From a virus (taxonomy: Duplodnaviria; Caudoviricetes): DNA of 64,000 bases. Of the stretch, positions 26,660-35,400 are shown in pieces. The stretch's first letter is position 1, and each line of letters starts with the position of its first letter. Below the pieces are notes generated by a model. That model worked only from the letters and a program-made list of their open reading frames with translations. It was not told the origin of the DNA and ran no database searches. A program made the translations under genes and the position numbers. The DNA lies in IMG/VR virus record IMGVR_UViG_3300027286_000002. The stretch is one strand, 5' to 3'.

Positions 26660-26975
26660 TATTTTTAATGCTGTGAAAAACAGCATCTCTACCTGCAAGC
26701 AACATCTCTTAAATAATGATGTCCAATCCATTCAACAATGGTGGATTATTGATCAAGGATATGACAGTTTTGAAAACATCTGTTATGCAAGTTCAGGTCC
26801 CCATTTCTATATTTATGATTTTGGTTTCCTCTCAAGAGATGAAGTTGAGATCATCTATGAACTCGATAGACAAAATGCACAAATCATTTCCCTTGCTTTA
26901 AATACAGGTGATCTTTCTCAATTGCCTACTGCTCTTGATAATCTCAATAAAATCACTGAACTTTATCAAATTTAA
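26649..26975 (+). CDS. Hypothetical protein
   Basis: Probable start MDLDIF after CAGGAC. Confidence 0.6.
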   Translation: MDLDIFNAVKNSISTCKQHLLNNDVQSIQQWWIIDQGYDSFENICYASSGPHFYIYDFGFLSRDEVEIIYELDRQNAQIISLALNTGDLSQLPTALDNLNKITELYQI

Positions 26976-26986
26976 TTTTTTTCTCT

Positions 26987-27016
26987 ACTTGCAATTTTTT
27001 TCTTTCTTAAGTGTTT
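26987..27016 (+). promoter_or_regulatory. Conserved promoter motif
   Basis: ACTTGCAA-N14-AAGTGTTT. Confidence 0.75.
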
Positions 27017-27060
27017 ATCTATTACAAATCCACTCCACTCCAATATAAAGGTAGTTCTTT

Positions 27061-27606
27061 ATGTTTAAGTTTATCAATGATAAAGAAAATGCACCTTCTT
27101 TCAATAGTGCATCCTGTGACTTTGACCACGATGTTGATTATGAAAAAGATTTTTGTCTCACTTCATATGTCAATCTTGCACTCACTGAAGATAACACTCC
27201 TGTCATTTATCTCAACTCCTTTGGTTTAAGATATAAACACAGCGATAAGTTTTCTATCTCTATCTCTGAAGGTCGTATTTCCCAACATAAGACCATTCAC
27301 AATAAAGAAGATGATAGTCAATCCGATTTCATTTACCTTAACAGTCCTACAGGTAAAATTACTCTTTCCGATTCCTTTAAATCTTTTTCTATCTCTTGGA
27401 AAAAAGATAACCAACAAGTTCAAATCACTACCAGCGATTTGGATTCTGTTATCATCGATTTTGACAAAGGTGTTATTGATCCCAATATCCAAAGATATGT
27501 TGAGTTTATGATCGATATTTATGAAAATGCACCTGCAACAGTTAAACCTTCTCTTTGGAAAAAGATTTCTAATATTCGTAACAAATTCGGTATCCTCACT
27601 CAATAA
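27061..27606 (+). CDS. Hypothetical protein (paralog of 25418-26002)
   Basis: See paralog. Confidence 0.75.
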   Translation: MFKFINDKENAPSFNSASCDFDHDVDYEKDFCLTSYVNLALTEDNTPVIYLNSFGLRYKHSDKFSISISEGRISQHKTIHNKEDDSQSDFIYLNSPTGKITLSDSFKSFSISWKKDNQQVQITTSDLDSVIIDFDKGVIDPNIQRYVEFMIDIYENAPATVKPSLWKKISNIRNKFGILTQ

Positions 27607-27799
27607 ATAAACTAATTTATCACCTTATCTGTTTTTCCAAGTGAGGTGCAGTCCATAGGCAGATACAATCTAAGTGTTTGATTTTATTCATTTCATCAAA
27701 AATCGTTTTTATTCAAGTAAATAAACTGCTAGACCAATTTTAAAGATCATTTTTCTATCTATATTTTCTATATATTTGCATAAAAAGGAAAATGAAACC

Positions 27800-28093
27800 A
27801 TGATAGAAAAACAAATAGACCATAATGAAATTATATCTATCTGTGCAGGTGCAGGCTATATAGCTACTCATATCGCACAGCATTACCAATTCTATTATCC
27901 TAAACTCTTTTCTTCCTGCATTGCTTTATTTGTATTATGGCTTATATATGATCCTATAATACCAACCACAAACGAATGGTTATTGGCAGGTATTACAGGT
28001 TTCTTTAGTAATCTTATTATAGACCTATTCCACAAACCTAATAATGTGATATTATCCAAACTAGATGCTATCTTAATGGAAATAAAAAAATGA
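27800..28093 (+). CDS. Small multi-pass membrane protein coupled to the cyclase
   Basis: Probable start MIEKQ at 27800; 2-3 hydrophobic segments; ATGA overlap with 28090. Confidence 0.65.
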   Translation: MIEKQIDHNEIISICAGAGYIATHIAQHYQFYYPKLFSSCIALFVLWLIYDPIIPTTNEWLLAGITGFFSNLIIDLFHKPNNVILSKLDAILMEIKK

Positions 28094-28875
28094 GATTTGA
28101 AGAGAAAACACTAGCAATCGTATTACTTGATATTATAGGTAGCACTAAATTCGTTCAAATCGCAGGTGATCTCAAAGCCACTATGCTATTTCAAGTTCAT
28201 GACAAAATGGTTAGAGATTTAATCATTAGGTTCAGTGGTCAAGAAATTGACAGATCAGATGGCTTTCTTATTTATTTTGAAACCATTCAGGATGCTGTCA
28301 ACTTTGGTCTGTATTACCAAATGAATGTGCCTGATAAAACTAAACTTGCCTGCAGGATTGGTATCCATTGGTCTAATATTATTATTGTGCATCAAGATGC
28401 CAAATATGTACAAGGTGGTGCTAAACGAATGGAACTTGAAGGTGTTGGTAAAAACATCACAGCTAGAACTATGTCTATATGTGGCAAAGGTCAAGTCCTG
28501 CTCACTAAAGATGCTATGGATGAATTTAAAAAACAAGGCATTAATAGCTTTACTCCAAAATCCACTAAACAAACCTTTGTAGGTGCATATAAATTTAAAG
28601 GATTGAAACAATATATAGGCATCTATGCACTTGGTTTAGATAAAGACAGCTTGCGAATACCTGCTGATAGTGAAAAAGCTAAACGAATGGGTGGCTTAAA
28701 TGTCTTATCTATGAATGAAAAAGATGTTGCTTTCTATAATTACATCATTCAGATACTTGGCTGGATATTTATCCTTAGCTTTACTGTGATTTTCCTATTG
28801 CTCTTTTATTTATTCTTTGATCCTGTGCTTAGAGAACAGATTTTATTAAGTTTAGGTATCATTTATCAAAAGTAA
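28090..28875 (+). CDS. Class III nucleotidyl (adenylate/guanylate-type) cyclase with C-terminal transmembrane helix
   Basis: LLDIIGST (metal Asp 1), DRSDGF (Asp 2), CRIGIH, GKNITART (Asn/Arg), GQVLLT; C-terminal ILGWIFILSFTVIFLLLFYLFF. Confidence 0.85.
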   Translation: MRFEEKTLAIVLLDIIGSTKFVQIAGDLKATMLFQVHDKMVRDLIIRFSGQEIDRSDGFLIYFETIQDAVNFGLYYQMNVPDKTKLACRIGIHWSNIIIVHQDAKYVQGGAKRMELEGVGKNITARTMSICGKGQVLLTKDAMDEFKKQGINSFTPKSTKQTFVGAYKFKGLKQYIGIYALGLDKDSLRIPADSEKAKRMGGLNVLSMNEKDVAFYNYIIQILGWIFILSFTVIFLLLFYLFFDPVLREQILLSLGIIYQK

Positions 28876-28944
28876 CTGTTCAGAATACCCATTTTTTGAA
28901 CACATAGCACAGGTAACTGTTCAAAATATCTACTTTTTGAACAC
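28872..28944. terminator. Two 32-bp direct repeats, each a hairpin (probable bidirectional terminator)
   Basis: GTAACTGTTCA(G/A)AATA....TTTTTGAACAC at 28872-28903 and 28913-28944, between convergent genes. Confidence 0.55.
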
Positions 28945-29169
28945 TCAATATTGGTTTGATGGTATGGATAACTTTAAACCTGCGATTAAATGTTCTAATG
29001 GTAGGTCTTTAATATTAAGATATAACATATAGTTATGTCCTACAAGTTCTACATCACTTAATTCATTGATGTCTAAATCAAGTATATCAGGTACAATTTC
29101 ATATAAGACTGTCTTATATGTAAAATTGCCACCTGCTAATAACTCATTTGCTTTTTCAAGTTTATTCAT
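28945..29169 (-). CDS. Hypothetical protein
   Basis: 74 aa, ATGA-coupled. Confidence 0.6.
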   Translation of the reverse strand: MNKLEKANELLAGGNFTYKTVLYEIVPDILDLDINELSDVELVGHNYMLYLNIKDLPLEHLIAGLKLSIPSNQY

Positions 29170-29405
29170 AACTGCCTCACATAGACTTGGTGTGCCATTG
29201 AAAAAAAATCTGCATCTGTTTCATCTTCTACTTCTACATATATCTCAATATCATTATATTGATTCCATCCATATGGTTTTTCACTGCCATGTGGATAAAA
29301 ATATGGATTGTTTAGATCAGATGGATTTTCTATAACTGTGTTATAACTCGCATATCCTTCTAAAGTATGTAGTTCATGCGATACTTTATGTATGAGATTT
29401 CTCAT
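29166..29405 (-). CDS. Hypothetical protein
   Basis: 79 aa with AAGGAAATGAA RBS. Confidence 0.6.
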   Translation of the reverse strand: MRNLIHKVSHELHTLEGYASYNTVIENPSDLNNPYFYPHGSEKPYGWNQYNDIEIYVEVEDETDADFFSMAHQVYVRQL

Positions 29406-29420
29406 TTCATTTCCTTTTCT

Positions 29421-29657
29421 TTAATAGATTTCTGCTATTCTTTTTTCTTCTCTTTTGATGTCTGTGAGTATATGATTACATAACTCAATATTAGTTATGG
29501 TCTTCTCTACTCTACCTCTGCCTTTGATTTGTTTATTGTCATGTGAAAATAAATACTCAATGCAATCCTTTTTAGGAATCACTGCAAAGGAATATCTTTT
29601 TCCTACTACATCAAACAATCTACCTAACATTGGGATTAAGTCTTTTTCTTCAATCAT
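29421..29657 (-). CDS. Hypothetical protein
   Basis: 78 aa with AAAGGAAAAAAG RBS and promoter motif. Confidence 0.65.
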   Translation of the reverse strand: MIEEKDLIPMLGRLFDVVGKRYSFAVIPKKDCIEYLFSHDNKQIKGRGRVEKTITNIELCNHILTDIKREEKRIAEIY

Positions 29658-29690
29658 TTCTTTTTTCCTTTCTGATTTACTTAATAGATA

Positions 29691-29719
29691 AACACTAAAG
29701 ATAAATTTTTATTGCAAGT
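29691..29719 (-). promoter_or_regulatory. Conserved promoter motif
   Basis: ACTTGCAA-N14-TAGTGTT. Confidence 0.7.
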
Positions 29720-29723
29720 TCAT

Positions 29724-30179
29724 TTAAATTTTATAAAGTCTAAGAAAAGGTAGTAACAAGTCTGTAGATGCAAGTGCAGAATTAAAAAGAGAATTTAAGG
29801 ATGACATTTTATGTAACATAAGATTATCGGAAACAATAATTTCATCGGAAAGAATACCAAGAACATAAAGATTTTGATCTTTATCAAAAAAATGTGCAGG
29901 TAGTGAAGGATGTGGTGTGAAAGAATTTAAGATAACTTGATAGTATTCAAATTTCTGATGGATAAGAGAAAGAAAAAGATGTGCAACTTGTTCTGCTTGT
30001 TGAAAAGAGAAAGAGTATTTTCTTTGCAAGAAAGGTTTAAGAAGAAGTTTATGTGGTGAATCAAGAAATTCTTGAATGGTTTGTAAATCATGATCAAGAA
30101 GAACATGAAGATCAGAGACAGGTTGGATGTCAACCTGTGCAGAAGAGTTATCGAGTGCAAAATGGATATTGTAAAGCAT
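29724..30179 (-). CDS. Hypothetical protein (inverted paralog of 31704-32156)
   Basis: EFLDSP..LLKPF...NLYVLG...LHKMSS.NSLF...LPFLRLYKI vs EFLDTP..LLYPF...NLHVLG...LHKMST.NSLF...LPFVRLYKI. Confidence 0.75.
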   Translation of the reverse strand: MLYNIHFALDNSSAQVDIQPVSDLHVLLDHDLQTIQEFLDSPHKLLLKPFLQRKYSFSFQQAEQVAHLFLSLIHQKFEYYQVILNSFTPHPSLPAHFFDKDQNLYVLGILSDEIIVSDNLMLHKMSSLNSLFNSALASTDLLLPFLRLYKI

Positions 30180-30239
30180 AAGTGTTATCCTTTGTTAGAG
30201 TCAAAAGGATAACACTTATAAAAAAGAAAAATTGCAAGT
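30180..30239 (-). promoter_or_regulatory. Conserved promoter motif whose downstream box forms a 14-bp inverted repeat with the RBS
   Basis: Motif 30211-30239; AAGTGTTATCCTTT (30180-30193) / AAAGGATAACACTT (30204-30217). Confidence 0.7.
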
Positions 30240-30241
30240 TC

Positions 30242-30691
30242 TTATTTATCTTGATCAGGTTTAGGCATCCAATTTTCAATATTCTTATCAAGGACAACAT
30301 TTTTATCATCTTTGGTTTTAACCAGAGGCTCACCATTAGCAAAAACACTTAACTTTTCTATTAAAGCATTCTGTATCTCAAATAGCTGATCTGATTTCAT
30401 CTGTAAATGTATCTGTGCATCTCTTAACCTGCTTATTAAAGCAACACGATCCGCATTCGCTTGAGATAGCTTATCTTTAAGTTCGTTTATCTCTTCAGGT
30501 GATCTTCCTGAAGCAATCGTAAGCATACTAGGAATTTGACCTGTTAAGATACCTAAAGCACCTATCAATAATTCTCTATTGCTGTCTACGATTTGAAAGA
30601 AAGAGAGGAAAACAATAAGACCTAGAATTAAGACCATGAATAAAACAGAAAACCACCAGCCTTTAGTTTTTTCATCATGCTGTTCGATCAT
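30242..30691 (-). CDS. Membrane protein with coiled-coil C-terminus
   Basis: WWFSVLFMVLILGLIVFLSFF plus second hydrophobic segment; heptad-rich tail. Confidence 0.7.
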   Translation of the reverse strand: MIEQHDEKTKGWWFSVLFMVLILGLIVFLSFFQIVDSNRELLIGALGILTGQIPSMLTIASGRSPEEINELKDKLSQANADRVALISRLRDAQIHLQMKSDQLFEIQNALIEKLSVFANGEPLVKTKDDKNVVLDKNIENWMPKPDQDK

Positions 30692-30747
30692 AAGACTCCT
30701 TTTTTTTGAGATGTTTAAGAATAAGAAAAAAATAAAAGATTAAATGA

Positions 30748-30777
30748 ACTTGCAATAATTCTTAATCGCAAGTGTTT
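30748..30777 (+). promoter_or_regulatory. Conserved promoter motif
   Basis: ACTTGCAA-N14-AAGTGTTT. Confidence 0.75.
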
Positions 30778-30809
30778 CTACATATAACTAAACCATAAAG
30801 GATAAAAAA

Positions 30810-31106
30810 ATGATCCACTTTCAAGACCTACTAGAAACCTTAATTTCTAAATACAGCAACCTCGAAATCACATCCGTGTGTAGTTTCGATGGTTATATCT
30901 TTACCTGTCAGTACACAGGTAAAGACCTCAAAAAACAAACAAGATTTACTCTTGTTTATAGAACACCTGTCAATAAAGCAATCTGTTCTTTCCTTTTGTC
31001 TATACAAGACAAAAATGGTGTTCAAATCGAAGATAGATTTGAATCCTGTTCTTCACAAGACTGCCAAAAGGTAGTCAAAACCTTCTTACCAAAATCCATT
31101 AAATAA
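30810..31106 (+). CDS. Hypothetical protein
   Basis: AAAGGATAAAAAAATG. Confidence 0.7.
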   Translation: MIHFQDLLETLISKYSNLEITSVCSFDGYIFTCQYTGKDLKKQTRFTLVYRTPVNKAICSFLLSIQDKNGVQIEDRFESCSSQDCQKVVKTFLPKSIK

Positions 31107-31120
31107 TAAAGGACTTCATT

Positions 31121-31399
31121 ATGTTAAATCAAGCTATCATCTCTACTCTTTCTTCTGTATATGCAAATCTCAATACTGATATTTGGCAAAATGGCAGTAT
31201 TGATATCCATTTGGATGGCATTACTAAAATCCACATACATGGTTTAAAACAAATCCAACAAGGTAAAACCTATATCTTAGTTCAAGTCCTTAAATGCACA
31301 GGTGAGTTTACAAAGTCTAGGTCTTTCTATATCGATGAAACTAAACCTGCATCTATCATTCCTAAACTTAAATTCTTATTGAACAAAAAAGAATGGTAA
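31121..31399 (+). CDS. Hypothetical protein
   Basis: AAAGGACTTCATTATG. Confidence 0.7.
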   Translation: MLNQAIISTLSSVYANLNTDIWQNGSIDIHLDGITKIHIHGLKQIQQGKTYILVQVLKCTGEFTKSRSFYIDETKPASIIPKLKFLLNKKEW

Positions 31400-31429
31400 C
31401 TTGCAATGAAACACCATCCTTATTACAAT
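31399..31429 (+). promoter_or_regulatory. Sigma70-like promoter
   Basis: ACTTGCAA-17 bp-TACAAT. Confidence 0.6.
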
Positions 31430-31461
31430 AACACTCTTTCTCAAAAAAAAGGATATGCTCT

Positions 31462-31704
31462 ATGAAAGCTACTCTTTTCTCTACCAATGGTACTAAATCA
31501 GAAATCGAACTCACTTCTTTTTCTCATGCACAATCTATTGTTGATGGTCTTGTTGAAATCATTCCTATGAAGAATGATCTCATCCTTGTTAATGAAGAAG
31601 GTTTGGGATTAGAACTACCTTCTAATCCTTTCTTTCCTAACCTTAAAGGCAATATCCTTGTTGTCAATACCAAACTCTTTAACAACATTCCTTATAAAGA
31701 CTAA
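31462..31704 (+). CDS. DUF3846-like protein
   Basis: AQSIVDGLVEII.....LVNEEG...LPSN....GNILV. Confidence 0.6.
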   Translation: MKATLFSTNGTKSEIELTSFSHAQSIVDGLVEIIPMKNDLILVNEEGLGLELPSNPFFPNLKGNILVVNTKLFNNIPYKD

Positions 31705-32156
31705 TGTTTAGAACTCTACACAAACCTTTTCTTAATTCTTATGGCATTATTGAAATCTTGCCTATCTCTATCCAAACTCTCAACCAGCTTTATCAACAAG
31801 ATCTTTCTCTTCTTTCTGAATTTTTAGATACTCCTGCTAAAGCACTCCTTTATCCTTTCTTTAGAAATGAAAACTTTTCTTTTGATGATGCACATAAAGC
31901 TGTTCATGCTTTATCTCATGCCATCACTCTCAAATATCAGTTCTACATTTCTACTCTTAACTCTCTACAACCTACTCACTCTCTTTCTCTGTTCTCTGAT
32001 CATGATCAAAACCTTCATGTGCTTGGTCTTATCTCATCTGAAGAACACTCAGATGATGGTCTCCTACATAAAATGTCTACTACCAATTCTCTTTTTATGC
32101 ACATCCTTCCTAATATCCAGCTCTATTTACCTTTTGTCAGACTCTATAAAATCTGA
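31704..32156 (+). CDS. Hypothetical protein (paralog of 29724-30179)
   Basis: See paralog; TAATG overlap. Confidence 0.75.
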   Translation: MFRTLHKPFLNSYGIIEILPISIQTLNQLYQQDLSLLSEFLDTPAKALLYPFFRNENFSFDDAHKAVHALSHAITLKYQFYISTLNSLQPTHSLSLFSDHDQNLHVLGLISSEEHSDDGLLHKMSTTNSLFMHILPNIQLYLPFVRLYKI

Positions 32157-32454
32157 TTGCCTTTTTATTTACTTTAGTTATCTTAAAAAATCCCATTTCA
32201 ATCTTTTCAACTACTTAGATAAAATTTTTCCCATATAGATATATTTTTGAAAAATCGAATAACCTATTTATATACTTTATTTTCCCAAAACTATTTTCCG
32301 TTTGGATTTTTTATTTTTATTTTTCAATGCGGGTTTAGTCTTTTCTGCATACAGGACACCTACACACACACTTGAAAGTGTTTTGTGTGTGTCTTTTATC
32401 GTCCTTAAAGGAACTTAAAAAGAGTTTTAGCTGAGAAATAAAAGAATATGGAAA

Positions 32455-35400
32455 CTACTTTAAAGTGCCATTAACTTTATTTGCACGGATATTTAACCAA
32501 TAGTATCTACTAGATCGTAAATCAAAACTATCAATAGTATCTTCAAGGAAAGACTTTAAAGCACTAGGTAGAGAATTGAGATAGCCATCTAAAATTAAGA
32601 AAGGATCTTCAATATAATATCTTCGATCAAGGATGCTGAGTCTTTGATTAGTAGGTGTATAAGGATATATATCTACATTGCCTATAATGTCTATGAATTG
32701 AGGATTAGTAATAGTAGTAGTATCATCTAAACCTAAAATATCAAGATCAGATGAAGTGGCATAACCAGCATAGAAGAAATCTTGCCATGTAGATAAATAA
32801 GGTTGAGAGGCATATAAAGAAGAAAGATTATAGACATAAGATAATAATCTTTCATAAAGCAGGTATGCAATGCAAGGCAAAGGAAGATCATTAGATTGAG
32901 AACTTAGTTCTACAATAGACCATTGAGCAATAGGAATATCAACAGTAGGAATAAGACTAAAAGGATAATCAGTAGGGTAAGGATTATCATAAGAAAGATA
33001 ATCAGTACCTATTACAGGATCAAGAGTTAAAATTCTAGTGTTCGTATCTATTTCAACAATGTGATAAAGACCACGATTATCATCAAGAGTAGGATGATAA
33101 GAATTAGATCTAGCTTCTGCTTGTGGATTAGGATAAATGAAAAGGTATTGACCTGTCTTTAGAATAGAAATATCTTCGGATAAAGGGAAAGGGAATTGGT
33201 TAGTATTTGTTATAGATACAGTAGTGTTAGAAGATAGGATAAGATTTTGAGTGATGAGATCATTATTGATAAGCTGGATAAGAGATTGTTCTATAGGTCG
33301 AGAGGATTGTTTATAGGCATAGTAAAGAGTGTTGCTAGTAGGAACTACAGATTGGTCGAAAATAAGACAGGTAAAATTAGATGGATAATTAATATTAGTG
33401 ATACGAGCGAAAGGAGTAGAGGATTGGTAAAGAATATCACCAATAGAAAGAGCAGTGATATTAGTAGGATAATTAAAGGTTTTTAAGTATGGATTGAGAG
33501 TAGTGATGGATGTAGCTTTGGTTTGGATTCTTAGGTAGAAGTTTTTAATGTAGTCAGCTTGAAAGGAAGAGAATTTTTTATCAAATCGTCTAGTTCGTCT
33601 AATAGAGAAAGTGACAGGTAGAGTAAGGTCATTAGGTAAAGGATTGTTATTAGGTAAAGGATTTGGGAAAAGGTATGTATTGATGTCATTTAAATAAGTG
33701 CTGTAGGTGGTGTTTGGATTAGCAAGATTAGCATTAAGCAAGCTAGGTGCAGTAGAGTTTAGTTTAATGGCAGGTGTTGTTATTGAGTATGTAAGTGTAG
33801 CAGTGGTTATATATGCTCTTAAGAAGAGAGTAGGAGATGAGAAAGTGATTTTGTTATTAGATGTAGTGTTTGTATTAAAGAATTTGGTATGGTTGTTAAC
33901 AGTGGCATTGGCATTAAAAGGGAAGGTAGAAGAAAAGTTATCAAAGTCTACGATGGTTTGACCTGTGACATATCCTGATGTTAGGTTGATGGGTGTTAAG
34001 ATAGGAGTAGTGGTGTTTGTAGCATAGTCATATTGAACAATAGTACCAATAGAGATAATTTTAGTGGTTGGATTGTAGCTAGTGCCTGTGCATTTATAGA
34101 TAGTTTGATCTGAATCGATTTGGATAAAGATAGTTGTGTTAGTGAAAGTAGAAGTATCGAAATCATCTGTCATTTGGATTTGAGTATTATTAGCAGAAGA
34201 GAATTTAGGAAAGGATGGATTGAGATTGATGGAAATAGTAGGTGTTAATGCAGTTTCTTGAACGATACCTATAAGAGAAATACCTTTAAAGAAAACAAGA
34301 TCATTAGGCAGGACATTAGTGATGGTGGATGAGATATTAAAGAGAGTGAGATAATAAGCAGGATTAGATGAGTGATGAAAATAGGCTGTGTAATTAGTAG
34401 GTAGGTTGGATGAAGTGTCTACTTTAGCAGAGGTAAAGAGATTACCTTTAATATTACTGTATGGTAGAGTGGTGTTGCCTTTGCCAAAGAAAGAAGGGAT
34501 TTTAAGAGTGTGTGTGGAAGGTTGGGAATAGAAAGTGTATGGTTGAGTAGCATTAGCAGAAAAAGAAGAATTAGATGCAATAGATTGGATAGATGTAGAA
34601 GAAGTATTTAAGTCATAATAAGAAATATCAGTGATACCGATAATGAGTTCAGTTTGAACATTAACAGAGTCAATGGTTGAATTATGAGGTGCAAAATAAG
34701 AGAAGTTTAGATATTGGTGTGAGATAGAGCAACGATCTTCATTAATAGAAAGGTTATTATCATTATGGAAGGCATTATTGGAATGGTTATTAAGAGAGCA
34801 GGTGAAAGGGATCATGGTATTAAGAGGAATATCAGGAGTAAGACCATAAATAGAAGATAAGATGCCAACAGTTTGAAATTTAATTTCATTAATAGTGGAT
34901 AGGTCGAGATTAGAGATATTATAGCTTGTGGGGGATGAGATGGATGTGATGACAGACCATTGCGATGTACCAGCATTATATGTGAATTGGATGCAAGTGT
35001 CTGTGAATGATTGAGATTGGATAAATTTAAAGATGATAGGAGTTTGTTGAGTATTAAAAAGAGAAGTGAAATCGTAATTAGATGCAGATGGTACAAATTT
35101 TAATCTGTATTGATAAACTATAAATGGGAAAGCAGAAATCTGGACAGGCGAGTAGACAATAAATTCATTGCCTGTGATGAAGTTAGAGATTTTGTATTCT
35201 ACATTATTGTTATTAGAGTAGATATTCATTCTAGGAATAATGAGTTCTGATTCGCTAGAAGATTGGAAGTAGCCTTGTTCTTTAATGATGGTAAGGTCGT
35301 TTTTATCTGTTGGATTAATATTATCAATAAGAGTACCTGTAGTCGTGTCGATATTTAAATCAAAGCGAATTTCATCTGGGTAGACAGGATTTGACGAGTA

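Noticed and set aside
28872-28944. CRISPR mini-array
   Set aside because: Only two repeats with a 9-bp gap and no cas genes; position between convergent genes fits a terminator
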